Positions 18,455 to 27,835 of a stretch of DNA of 37,298 nt are shown piece by piece. The stretch lies in contig JAPLUZ010000049.1 of NCBI GenBank assembly GCA_026397375.1, forward strand, positions 1 to 37,298. Reading direction: 5' to 3'. Below the pieces are notes generated by a model. The model saw only the letters and a program-made list of their open reading frames with translations, was not told where the DNA came from and did not search any database. Both the position numbers and the translations under genes were made by a program. Position 1 is the stretch's first letter. Every line of letters starts with the position of its first letter. This DNA is from Candidatus Aenigmatarchaeota archaeon (GTDB lineage: Archaea; Aenigmatarchaeota; Aenigmatarchaeia; GW2011-AR5).

Positions 18455-18792
18455 TAAGACGCGGAGACATTGTACTGGTTAATCTTGAACCTGTATTAGG
18501 TTCTGAGCAGGGAAATACACGGCCTGCATTGGTGATACAAAATAACATAGGAAATGAACGTAGTAAACTCACAATAATAGCTCCAATAACAAGCAGAATA
18601 TATTCTAAGCAATTCCCTACAAATGTTGAGATAGACGAGACAAATTCTCCACTAAAGAAAAAATCAACAATACTTTTCAACCAGATCAGGACAATTGATA
18701 AGATAAGAATAATAAAAAATTACGGAAAGACCTCTTCAAATAAGATGAAAGAATCGGACGAAGCTTTGATGAACAGCCTGGGACTAAAGTAA
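18442..18792 (+). CDS. mazF: MazF/PemK-family endoribonuclease toxin
   Basis: RRGDIVLVNLEPVLGSEQGNTRPALVIQN, APITS and QIRTIDK.R. Confidence 0.93.
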   Translation: MATVIRRGDIVLVNLEPVLGSEQGNTRPALVIQNNIGNERSKLTIIAPITSRIYSKQFPTNVEIDETNSPLKKKSTILFNQIRTIDKIRIIKNYGKTSSNKMKESDEALMNSLGLK

Positions 18793-18796
18793 TTCC

Positions 18797-19783
18797 TTAT
18801 TTCTTCAGTTCTTTCTTAGCAAAAGGCAGCTCTCCTAACTTTCTCGCATATGATAAGGCGCCGAAGCCGATGAACAGGACGAGCCAGAATGACAAAAAGC
18901 GGTCAACAAGAACAGCTGAAATGGCAATGGCTGGGGCTATGCCGAGCAGGATAAAGGCAGAAGTGGCGCCGAATTCCAATATGGCTAATGAGCCTGGCAA
19001 AATGGGCACAAACAAGAGCACGACCATGATTGCCCAGCCTACAACAGCAACGTTCATAGGCAAAGATATGCCTATAGCTGCAAAAACCAGCCATAGCCTG
19101 AGCATTTCCAGCACTTTTACAGAAGAAGATATGCAGAATACGCCTGCCAGTTTCCTTCTGTTATTTATGATGGATGCAAAGGCTTCCTGAAAAAGGGCAG
19201 GATAATCCACTTTATTGTTCTGGCTTTTTTCCACTTTTTTTACAATCCAACCTATTATTTTGTTCAGCCAGCGCGGCGTGAATAAAATCTTTAGCATCGT
19301 GCCCAGTATCAAGCCTATGGCAATCAGGAAGAGGACAAAAAACATGAAAAAGTTGCTGGGTATTGTTCCGATGAATAATACGACGACAACAAAAATAACG
19401 AATATAGATGCAATTATTTCCATCAGACCGTCTATGGCAACAACGGCCGACGACTTGCTGCTTCCTATGTTGGTGCGGAGCATGTACATCTTCAGAGGCT
19501 CGCCGCCTATCATGGCAAAAGGCGTCATAAGGCTGACAGCTGCGCCTGAGAGGGCGGTTCTCAGAACCTTTCTGTAGGAGATATAACCTTTATCATGGGA
19601 CAAAACCCTCAGACGCGCGGACTGCAGGCCTAAAATACCGAGCTGAATCAAGGCAGCAATTAAAACTAAGAAGATATTTGCACGGGACAACGCGCCGATA
19701 ACCTGGAAAAAGCCGAACGTATTGATTACGAGCAATACAAGCACAATTGCGAAGGCGAATATTAGTATCCTTTTCCAGGCCAT
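18797..19783 (-). CDS. Lysylphosphatidylglycerol-synthase-TM / flippase-like (UPF0104) membrane protein
   Basis: Multi-TM with TP...GGEP.K, PG.L...E and DR..SFW. Confidence 0.85.
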   Translation of the reverse strand: MAWKRILIFAFAIVLVLLVINTFGFFQVIGALSRANIFLVLIAALIQLGILGLQSARLRVLSHDKGYISYRKVLRTALSGAAVSLMTPFAMIGGEPLKMYMLRTNIGSSKSSAVVAIDGLMEIIASIFVIFVVVVLFIGTIPSNFFMFFVLFLIAIGLILGTMLKILFTPRWLNKIIGWIVKKVEKSQNNKVDYPALFQEAFASIINNRRKLAGVFCISSSVKVLEMLRLWLVFAAIGISLPMNVAVVGWAIMVVLLFVPILPGSLAILEFGATSAFILLGIAPAIAISAVLVDRFLSFWLVLFIGFGALSYARKLGELPFAKKELKK

Positions 19784-19834
19784 AGGTAATCTAATTTACA
19801 CTGAGGATTTAAGGGTTTTACACAAATAAAATAT

Positions 19835-20041
19835 ATGTTGTCTCTGCTTTCTTTTGAGAGAATAGCAAAAAAGGTCGGAGTAAAGAGAATATCCAAGGAG
19901 GCTCTTGAGGAAATAAGGGACACGATTTCTGAAGAAGGACTCGAGATAGCTGAGCGCGCTTTCAAGATAAGCCGCCATGCCAACAGAAAAACCGTAATGA
20001 TAGAAGACGTAAAATTCATAATGCGGCACGAAAAAAAGTAG
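19835..20041 (+). CDS. Archaeal histone (HMf-like)
   Basis: ERIAKKVGVKRISKEA...HANRKTV..EDV histone fold. Confidence 0.9.
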   Translation: MLSLLSFERIAKKVGVKRISKEALEEIRDTISEEGLEIAERAFKISRHANRKTVMIEDVKFIMRHEKK

Positions 20042-20106
20042 GTTAGTAGGGTAAAAAAACGTGAATTCTTTCGCTTTCTAACAGAATAGCAATCGAATCT
20101 TTTACT

Positions 20107-20517
20107 TTAATCTGTCCCGCTTCTCTTGCTCTTTATCATAACATACTTGCCGTACTGCCAGGTCAGGACTTCGTCGCCTTCGACCAGCTGGCCTTTCAGT
20201 TCTTCTGGAATGTCGACGTCTGACATCTCGTAAGTCGTGAGGTCCATAATCTGGGCATGGTTTTCAGTCAGGGAAATGATCTGGGATGTTTTTTTTTCAA
20301 TTATTGGTATATCGACAGAGGAATCGCCGGGCTTGACTATGATCTTTTTCTGGTTGTCAAAAATGCCCCTGGCAAACAGACGGGCTTTTGAAGCGCCGTG
20401 CTTGCCTGATTTGCTTTTCTGCACTTTCTCAACAACGCAGGGCACATCATCAATGAGAACAAATCCACCGGATTTCAGTTTTTTTATTTCAGTCTGCTTC
20501 TTTTCGGACATGCTCAT
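20107..20517 (-). CDS. eif5a: Translation initiation/elongation factor aIF5A
   Basis: Hypusine loop SKSGKHGASKARL, and QIMDLTTYE. Confidence 0.95.
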   Translation of the reverse strand: MSMSEKKQTEIKKLKSGGFVLIDDVPCVVEKVQKSKSGKHGASKARLFARGIFDNQKKIIVKPGDSSVDIPIIEKKTSQIISLTENHAQIMDLTTYEMSDVDIPEELKGQLVEGDEVLTWQYGKYVMIKSKRSGTD

Positions 20518-20634
20518 AATTTTTCTTCTGAATATATAAAGGTAAAGTAGGTGAAAAACGATAGATTTTTCTATTCTAATTCTTACGAAAAACCTACCGT
20601 CAATTTAATTATACTTACTGCGATAAGTTCTATC

Positions 20635-21162
20635 ATGCTAAAGATACCGAAGATAAAGGCAAAAAAAGGGCAGGAAAAACAGATCAAGGCATTGAACTTT
20701 CTCATAAGACTGCTGGTATGGGCAATACCGCTCTATATTATTCTCATCTTTGACCTTTCTCTCCCACAATTGCAATATGCCGTGGCAAACATAGTAACGT
20801 ACCTGCTTAATCTCGCTGGTATGCATCCTGTGCTGAATGACCTGTTCATAAGCATACCAATAAAAGACGGGTCGTGGGGAGCTTTTATAAACTGGGACTG
20901 CACAGCGTGGAAGAGCATGCTTGCTTTTCTTGCGCTGGTAATGGCTGTGGACAAGGGCAAAAAGGTCAAGGGACTTATCCTGTTTATACCGCTAATCTTC
21001 ATAGTCAATATTCTGAGAATATTCTTCATGTTCTACTTCGTAAAGACGTATGACTTGGCATACTTTGAGATTGTGCACACGCTGATATGGAGCTGGGGCC
21101 TTATTTTCACGGTCCTGATATTCTGGATAATCTGGCTGAAGTCTAAACATTTCACCAGTTAA
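20635..21162 (+). CDS. Archaeosortase/exosortase-family transpeptidase
   Basis: Multi-TM with Cys in INWDCTAW, Arg in NILRI and His in IVHT. ATG 20635 preferred over GTG 20551. Confidence 0.82.
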   Translation: MLKIPKIKAKKGQEKQIKALNFLIRLLVWAIPLYIILIFDLSLPQLQYAVANIVTYLLNLAGMHPVLNDLFISIPIKDGSWGAFINWDCTAWKSMLAFLALVMAVDKGKKVKGLILFIPLIFIVNILRIFFMFYFVKTYDLAYFEIVHTLIWSWGLIFTVLIFWIIWLKSKHFTS

Positions 21163-21590
21163 ACTGTGATATTATGTGAAATGTTGGACGTAAAAAACGC
21201 CGCATTTATGCGATGGTTTTTCACGAAGTTCAGAAAGTAGGGAAAAGCGAATAGCGCCAGGTTCTTATTTCGAAATCAGGCGCTTGATTCCTTGCCTTAC
21301 TATCGGTTTCTTACACTACAAGGCTTTGGTTTCCCTGTTTCAGCAAGATTCTTAGAATGTCCTAGGAAATTGGTTATTTTCGATTTCCAGGGGCGGTATA
21401 GCAGAAAACAACCGAAAATTTGATAAGTTTCTATGCGTTTTTGTGTATTCCATTAAAATTGAAGAATTATGGGAAAAGGAGTCTGGTCAGGGTTTAGCAG
21501 AATGGGGGTTATTGTGCAAAGCCAAAGGTATGACAACAAATATATAGTGGGCCAATGAAATAGAATAAAGGTAACTAGCCTGTGGTAGCG

Positions 21591-22073
21591 ATGGCTGACA
21601 AGACAAAAGAATTAGAGCAAAGAATAGACAGGATTGAGAGCAAGCTCAAATCCACCTTCCTAGAGATAGAAAGGCGTTTTGCGCAAAAATCAGAAGGCGC
21701 GCCGCTGAATGTTGACGAGCGCCTGCAGGAGTTTGAGGACCTTATTCTTCTTATGCAACTGGAAATAACGAAGCTGAGGGAAAAGAGCGCCGTGGATCCG
21801 GACTTCGGCGTGAAGATGAGCCCGGACGTGGAGGAGAGACTGCGCAAATTAGAGGAAGCCGTGGCCAAAGATAGCCATATAGTTGTTTCGCGCCCGGTAC
21901 AGAATGTACATGAAGAGAAAAACATAGACGTGGAAAGAAAGATAAAAAATACGATGCCCCAGGATCTGGACGAGATAGAAAGACGGCTGAAAAAGATAGA
22001 ACAGGGAAGAACAGAAACAACGATATCCAGCAAGAGCGTGCTGGAGGATGTTAAAAAAATACTGAATGCTTAG
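21591..22073 (+). CDS. Hypothetical coiled-coil protein
   Basis: Recurrent E-x-R-L/I heptad segments. 8 nt from the next gene. Confidence 0.75.
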   Translation: MADKTKELEQRIDRIESKLKSTFLEIERRFAQKSEGAPLNVDERLQEFEDLILLMQLEITKLREKSAVDPDFGVKMSPDVEERLRKLEEAVAKDSHIVVSRPVQNVHEEKNIDVERKIKNTMPQDLDEIERRLKKIEQGRTETTISSKSVLEDVKKILNA

Positions 22074-22081
22074 GTGTTTTC

Positions 22082-23581
22082 ATGCACGATACAGATAAAA
22101 TAGAGGAAATGGAAAAGTCGATAACGACGATAGCCGAATACGTCAAGTCCCAGATAGGCGAAATGAAGCGCAGCTTCGTGGGGAGAGATGAAGTTGAATC
22201 GCTAAAAGAAAAAGTGCATGGCAACGACTCAGAAGGTTTAATGAACAGGATACAGGACCTGGAAGATGAGATAAGAGATCTGAAAAGGATGAAGCCTGTC
22301 GAACAGGACGTAAATGAGCTGAAGAAGGAGATGCAAAGGGATATTTCTGACCTGAAATTTGAATACGACAAAAAAATGATGAGACACGACAAGGATCTTG
22401 AAGAACTAAACAATACCAGCAAAATCCTCGAGCCGGTAAACCGGCAGATCCGGGATCTGGAACAGGGGATAAAGGACCTGCGCGGCAGGCCAATGCCTTC
22501 GTTTTCTGAGATGAAGGATCTGCAGAAAAGGACAGAAAGCCTGGAAGGCATAATCAGGACTAATGACGTGCCCCATGAAAATGAAAAGTTGAATCAAATA
22601 GAAAATGAGCTGAGACTCATAAAGAAAATGGGCGACACCAAGCCGATAATACTTGCTTCTTTCAAGCAGGAAATGGAAAAGGAACTTATAAGATTAAGGC
22701 AGGACTTTGACGCAAGACTAAAGACGTATGAAGACAGAACGACTGGCGACATTACTTCTGACGACAAAAGACTGGAACAGGACATAGAAGACCTTCGTAA
22801 GAGAATACAGAATATTCAGAATAATGACGGCGTTGAAAAGCAACTGAGGGAACTGCGCATAAAGGTGCGCGGTCTGGAACAGATGCCCCACATTGTGCAT
22901 GATGGCGAAGACCTGAAAAGGTCTCTGGATGAGGAGCAGATAAACCGGATGTCGCTGGAAAAGCATGTGCAGGATTTAAGGAAAGAAATGGACGACATAA
23001 AAAGCACGCCAAGCACGGTTAATAATCCTAAAATAAGGCAGGAATTAGACGCACTAAAGAAAACGGTAAATGAGATGCGCTTTGCAGCTGGCAAGAAAAG
23101 CAGCGGCGCAAATGAAGAAGTTATAGACGACATTAATGATTTGAAGCACGCGATGGACGAGGAAATAGCAAACAGGATGTCCATAGACAAGCATTTACAG
23201 GATTTGCAGCAGCAGGTAAGGGAAGCGAAAAAGCCGACAGAGACAAACATAGATTATTCTAAAATTATTAAGCAGATGCAAGAAGACAAGCCGTTTTCTG
23301 ATGAGGTTGACAAAAAATCACGCCTGGAGACCATGAAACTCATAACAAAACAATTGGAGGAATATACAAGGATGCTGGAGAAAAGAATGCCAAACTTGGC
23401 TACGAGAGACGACCTGGTAAAAATGGAAAGAAAGATTGACCAAAGGCTCAGGCTGCCGATAAGGATGGAAGAGGAAACAATAGGCAGGCGCATGGATGAC
23501 CTCGAAGTGAGTATGAACACGCTTATTTCAGTCCTCAGGTCGCTGCAGAACTCAAACAAAAATCCGTTTGTGATAGAGTAA
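22082..23581 (+). CDS. Long segmented coiled-coil protein (499 aa)
   Basis: AGGTG SD, heptad segments broken by Pro-containing linkers, an internal repeat, and C-terminal NPFVIE. Confidence 0.8.
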   Translation: MHDTDKIEEMEKSITTIAEYVKSQIGEMKRSFVGRDEVESLKEKVHGNDSEGLMNRIQDLEDEIRDLKRMKPVEQDVNELKKEMQRDISDLKFEYDKKMMRHDKDLEELNNTSKILEPVNRQIRDLEQGIKDLRGRPMPSFSEMKDLQKRTESLEGIIRTNDVPHENEKLNQIENELRLIKKMGDTKPIILASFKQEMEKELIRLRQDFDARLKTYEDRTTGDITSDDKRLEQDIEDLRKRIQNIQNNDGVEKQLRELRIKVRGLEQMPHIVHDGEDLKRSLDEEQINRMSLEKHVQDLRKEMDDIKSTPSTVNNPKIRQELDALKKTVNEMRFAAGKKSSGANEEVIDDINDLKHAMDEEIANRMSIDKHLQDLQQQVREAKKPTETNIDYSKIIKQMQEDKPFSDEVDKKSRLETMKLITKQLEEYTRMLEKRMPNLATRDDLVKMERKIDQRLRLPIRMEEETIGRRMDDLEVSMNTLISVLRSLQNSNKNPFVIE

Positions 23582-23673
23582 TTGCCAAGGCGTATTTCTT
23601 AGGGCGTATATAATTCCGATGAAACCACGCGTTCTGCATTACTTATTTTATACACATCCGACAAATATTCAGC

Positions 23674-24456
23674 ATGATCGAGTTCATAATAATAGCTCTG
23701 ATTGGCAGCATAGCAGCAGGAATATGGGACCTGAAGACGACAGAGGTGCCTGATGAAATTCCAGCGCTGATGATTGTACTGGGTTTATTTCTATGGCTTG
23801 TCGAAGGAGATTTCTCTTCGCTTATTTTCTCGCTGATAACAGGAACGATTCTCCTCGCCGTCGGCATGCTTATGTACAAAACAAAGCAGTGGGGCGGGGC
23901 GGACGCGTGGATGCTTGCGGCTATTGGCTACTTGATCCCATTTTTTAACGGACACATGTTCATGGCTGATTTTCTTCCGAATTTTCTTGTCGTGGCTGTC
24001 ACGTACATGGTTATTTATTCTATAATTTTAGGCTTCAGAAATAAGGGCATTTTTGTGCATTTTGTCACTAACATAAAAATCAGGTGGAAAATAGTTTTCC
24101 TGGTGCCTGCTGCTTTCGGACTATTCTTTTTCCTGCTTTCCGCTTCGTTGGGCACGTCATTAATTCCTGCCAGCTTTATAACCTTGTTCGTATTCCTGCT
24201 CATGGTTTTCTGGGCTTACGCCAAAACAATAGAAAAATACGTTTTCAAGAAAAAAATACCTACAAGCAAACTGAGGATAGGCGACGTCTTGGAGGAAATG
24301 GAGTGGAGGGGAATAACAAAAGAGGAATTGATAGAAGTAAGAAAAAAACACAAATTCGTGACGATAAAAGAAGGCGTCAGGTTTGTACCTGTTTTCCCGA
24401 TAGCCCTTGCCATTACGCTGCTTTTTGGGAATCTGCTGCTGGCACTACTATTTTAA
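23674..24456 (+). CDS. A24-family prepilin/prearchaellin peptidase
   Basis: Two catalytic Asp motifs (WDLKTTEVPD, WGGAD), multi-TM, and C-terminal KEGVRFVP. Confidence 0.88.
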   Translation: MIEFIIIALIGSIAAGIWDLKTTEVPDEIPALMIVLGLFLWLVEGDFSSLIFSLITGTILLAVGMLMYKTKQWGGADAWMLAAIGYLIPFFNGHMFMADFLPNFLVVAVTYMVIYSIILGFRNKGIFVHFVTNIKIRWKIVFLVPAAFGLFFFLLSASLGTSLIPASFITLFVFLLMVFWAYAKTIEKYVFKKKIPTSKLRIGDVLEEMEWRGITKEELIEVRKKHKFVTIKEGVRFVPVFPIALAITLLFGNLLLALLF

Positions 24457-24487
24457 AAAGACTGCTTCTAAGTCCTAAAGTGATAAT

Positions 24488-24793
24488 ATGCCAAGTAGAA
24501 GTTATGAAATTAAGAGCACTAAAGAGTTTGACGAACTAAGTCCAAGTCAACGACTGGGATATCTGAAAAGCCTTGAAGACAGCATGTTCCAGGAGATTTG
24601 CACACTTGCTCTTAAGCCTGAATCTAGTGTGAGCTCCGCAGATACGTATTTGGCAAATAAGCAATACGAAAGTCTAATGACTCTTGTTGAGTATGCAAAA
24701 CTAGACGGAGATAGCTCAGTAAGTCAACGGGCGAAGATTCTAGATATTCGCATCATGTTGTTTAACAAATTTGCTCTAAAAATAGAAGAGTAA
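24488..24793 (+). CDS. Hypothetical protein
   Basis: 101-aa ORF exactly filling the gap between neighbours. No motif recognised. Confidence 0.5.
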   Translation: MPSRSYEIKSTKEFDELSPSQRLGYLKSLEDSMFQEICTLALKPESSVSSADTYLANKQYESLMTLVEYAKLDGDSSVSQRAKILDIRIMLFNKFALKIEE

Positions 24794-25564
24794 TTATTTC
24801 TTCTTCTTGCCGGCCTGCTTGATGGCGTAGACAAAGGATTCTATTGTTTTCTTTGGATCACTGGTTTTCTCGGCTGCTGTGCCTATCTGGATCCAGTCAG
24901 CGCCTGCGGTGATGATATCGGCTGCCTGCCTTGGTGTGCGTACGCCGCCTGCTACGAGGTAAGGCACGTCTATTGCTTTTCTAACAGCTGAGACCATATC
25001 TAGTTGCACGGGCTCATAAGCTGCAGAACCGGCGTCTGTAAAAATAATTCTGTTTCCATTGTACTCGCCTGCCAGCGCCAGCGCGGCTGCGATATGCGGC
25101 CTATTGCGGGGAACAACGTTTGCATCACCAACCCAGCCGACTGTTCCGCCTGGTTCGACAACTATGTAACCGATAGGCAGCGGTTCTACGTTGAGCTGTT
25201 TTATCAGAGGCGCAGCCAATGTTTGTGCTTGCGAGATCCAATAAGGATTTCTGCTGTTGAGCAGAGACATAAAATAAATTGCGTCGGCAAAAGGCGTGAT
25301 TGTTGCTATGTTTCCCGGGAATAAAACAACGGGTATGTCAACCTTTTCCTTTATTGATTTTGTAACAGTATCCAGCAACCTGCCTTGGGCGCCTATGGAT
25401 CCGCCTACGGCAATAATATCAACGCCTGCCTTGTGGGCTACTACTGCGGTCTCTATTGCCTTTTCCGGATTGGGATAGTCCACAGGGTCAATAATTACGG
25501 AAAGTATTCCACCGTCATCCTTTGTCTTCTTGTTTATGTAATTTTCAACTTTTCCCGGTTTCAT
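24794..25564 (-). CDS. Geranylgeranylglyceryl phosphate synthase
   Basis: IIDP, AVGGS, PVVLFPG, ADAIYFMSLLNSRNPYW, GYIVVEPG, AGS and GGGVR-like motif. Confidence 0.93.
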   Translation of the reverse strand: MKPGKVENYINKKTKDDGGILSVIIDPVDYPNPEKAIETAVVAHKAGVDIIAVGGSIGAQGRLLDTVTKSIKEKVDIPVVLFPGNIATITPFADAIYFMSLLNSRNPYWISQAQTLAAPLIKQLNVEPLPIGYIVVEPGGTVGWVGDANVVPRNRPHIAAALALAGEYNGNRIIFTDAGSAAYEPVQLDMVSAVRKAIDVPYLVAGGVRTPRQAADIITAGADWIQIGTAAEKTSDPKKTIESFVYAIKQAGKKKK

Positions 25565-26541
25565 GGTTTCACCTTGCTTAAGTGCGCCAAATCTTCGTCT
25601 GAATATCCAAGTCTAGCAATTTGAAGATATTTAATGGTTTCTCTTATCGCATGGGGGGTTGTATATTTTGGATGGAAAGCAAGGATTTTTCCCGCCTTTT
25701 CTATAGAAAGTATTCTGTTCCTTACAAGGCGATCAATACTGGATTTCATTTTTACCAGCTTCGGCTTTTTGCCTGACAGATTGCACGACAAAACATGCAT
25801 GCGGGCTGACAGCAGGGCAATCTTTACGGGTATATGCTTGGTGGGCACAGGTACCCTTAACTGCTCTGCAATCATCTGGTATACTTCTTCATAGGTGGGC
25901 GTGTCTTTTGTTGCTATGTGGAAAACCTGGTCGTAGGCTTTTTTGTTTTGTTTCACTATAGTGAGCAGATCAATGACATCGTCTATGTACACCAGATGAA
26001 AATAATTCCTGCCCGAGCCGATTATTGGATAACCGCGCCTGGCTGCTTCAAAGATGGAAGCCCAGATTGCATTGGGACCTATGATTATTGTGGTCCTGAC
26101 TATGGTATAGTGAACACCGCTGTTTTTTATTATCTTTTCTGCTTCTGCTTTTGACCTCTCGTATTCTGTTTTCGGGTTATACGGCATAGTTTCCTTTGCC
26201 GCCTTATTTGTCTCGCCCAGCACGCCAGAAGAGCTCATGAATATCAGTTGCTTGACTTTCTGCTCCTTGCACAGTTCTGCGACGTTCTGCGTGCCTTTTA
26301 CGTTGATATCCCACAGGTCAGGATTAGCTTCGTCCAGACATGCGGCAAGATGATAAACAATATCCACTTTGGAAAAGACTTTTCGCAGTTCAGCCTTATC
26401 CCTTATGTCGCCGGCTACAACCTTTACTCCCAGATCCTCCGGCTTGTCGCTAAATACGACTACTTCGTCACCCTGGCTGACAAGCTTTTTTACAAGCCTC
26501 ATGCCCAGGAAGCCGGTGCCTCCCGTTACCAAAATTCTCAT
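25561..26541 (-). CDS. NAD-dependent epimerase/dehydratase (extended SDR)
   Basis: TGGTGFLG, YHLAA, NVKGT and YERSK. ATGA overlap with the GGGP synthase gene. Confidence 0.9.
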   Translation of the reverse strand: MRILVTGGTGFLGMRLVKKLVSQGDEVVVFSDKPEDLGVKVVAGDIRDKAELRKVFSKVDIVYHLAACLDEANPDLWDINVKGTQNVAELCKEQKVKQLIFMSSSGVLGETNKAAKETMPYNPKTEYERSKAEAEKIIKNSGVHYTIVRTTIIIGPNAIWASIFEAARRGYPIIGSGRNYFHLVYIDDVIDLLTIVKQNKKAYDQVFHIATKDTPTYEEVYQMIAEQLRVPVPTKHIPVKIALLSARMHVLSCNLSGKKPKLVKMKSSIDRLVRNRILSIEKAGKILAFHPKYTTPHAIRETIKYLQIARLGYSDEDLAHLSKVKP

Positions 26542-26625
26542 AGGAAAAGCTTTATCAGAAGCAGTTAAAAGGTTATTAAACTAATCTTTACAAAGTATTT
26601 TTATATATCAAAACAAGAAGATGAT

Positions 26626-27339
26626 ATGGATATGATACCCAATCATATAGGGCTTATAATGGACGGTAACCGTCGCTTCGCTAGGGAGCTGGTCAAGAGG
26701 CCATGGGAAGGGCATTTATTTGGATTAAAAAAATCCCGTGATGTCCTGCAGTGGACATGCGAAGCGGGCATAAAGTACATGACGATCTATACGCTTTCTC
26801 TGGAGAACATAAGCACAAGACCGAAAAGGGAATTACAGATAATTCTGAAATACCTGGGCGAAGAAGCGGACAACGTGTTGAAAAACAAAAATCATCCGAT
26901 ACACAAATTCAACGTAAAAACGAGGTTCATCGGCCGCATCCACGTACTGCCCGACTACCTGCAGGCAAAACTGAAAAAAGTCGAGGAAGCAACGAAAAAC
27001 TACAAAAACCACATATTGAATATAGCTGTTGCGTACGGCGGCCAGCAGGAAATAATAGACGCTGTCAAGGAAATAATGCTCAAGGGACTGAAGGGCATAA
27101 TAAAGCCGAGCGATGTCGACGAAAAAATAATGAAGGAACATTTGTACACGAATGGCCAGCCGTATCCTGATCTTATAGTACGCTCGGGCGGGGAAGTACG
27201 TTTGTCAAATTTCCTGCCTTTCCAGTCAGTCTACAGCGAGCTCATATTTACAAACAAAAAGTGGCCAGAGCTGACAAAAAAAGATTTTGACTCGTTTCTT
27301 GTCGAATTTGCGAAACGGCAGAGAAAATTCGGGAAGTAG
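26626..27339 (+). CDS. uppS: cis-Prenyltransferase (UppS family)
   Basis: PNHIGLIMDGNRR, S.EN..RP, YGG..EI and PDLIVRSGGEVRLSNFL. Confidence 0.95.
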   Translation: MDMIPNHIGLIMDGNRRFARELVKRPWEGHLFGLKKSRDVLQWTCEAGIKYMTIYTLSLENISTRPKRELQIILKYLGEEADNVLKNKNHPIHKFNVKTRFIGRIHVLPDYLQAKLKKVEEATKNYKNHILNIAVAYGGQQEIIDAVKEIMLKGLKGIIKPSDVDEKIMKEHLYTNGQPYPDLIVRSGGEVRLSNFLPFQSVYSELIFTNKKWPELTKKDFDSFLVEFAKRQRKFGK

Positions 27340-27340
27340 G

Positions 27341-27784
27341 CTAAAGGTCGCTATCAGAAATAACCTTTATTTTATTTCTCTTTAACAAAGCTGTTGTAAC
27401 ACCGTCACCTTTTATTAATTTTTTCGAAAAAGTCCCGTCGTATATTTGCCCAGAACCGCACGAAGGACTTCTCTGGGTCAAGATCACTTCTTTTATGTCG
27501 TGCAATTTGGCCATTTTCAGGACCTCTTCTGCGCCTTTGACAAAATATTTGGTAACATCATTGCCGCCGGGTTCAATAACCTTGGCTTTTCCATCCAGCA
27601 CGCCTGACCCATCACCACCACTAATTTCAGCGTTGGGTCTTGGCGTGGATTGGCCGCCCAACTGCTCTGGGCATACCGGGATCAGTGTTTCCTTCTTGGA
27701 AATTGCAACTATTTTTTTGTTTAAGTTGTCCTTTCCGTCGTATCTGCATTTTATGCCCAGCAGACAGGCACTACAAAGTCTCAT
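27341..27784 (-). CDS. DUF523 / 2-thiouracil desulfurase-family Fe-S protein
   Basis: SACLLGIKCRYDG, CPEQLGG and SPSCG. Confidence 0.9.
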   Translation of the reverse strand: MRLCSACLLGIKCRYDGKDNLNKKIVAISKKETLIPVCPEQLGGQSTPRPNAEISGGDGSGVLDGKAKVIEPGGNDVTKYFVKGAEEVLKMAKLHDIKEVILTQRSPSCGSGQIYDGTFSKKLIKGDGVTTALLKRNKIKVISDSDL

Positions 27785-27835
27785 TAAAATAAATTAGACC
27801 AAGTGTTTATTAGTCTTTCTTTCTAACTATAATCC

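Noticed and set aside
16442..21523. 12-mer TTGTGCAAAGCC shared by two long intergenic regions (16442-16453 and 21512-21523)
   Set aside because: A single 12-bp match in 37 kb is compatible with chance, and I saw no third copy.
22082..23581. SMC/Rad50 assignment for the coiled-coil protein
   Set aside because: No Walker A/B, signature motif or zinc hook.
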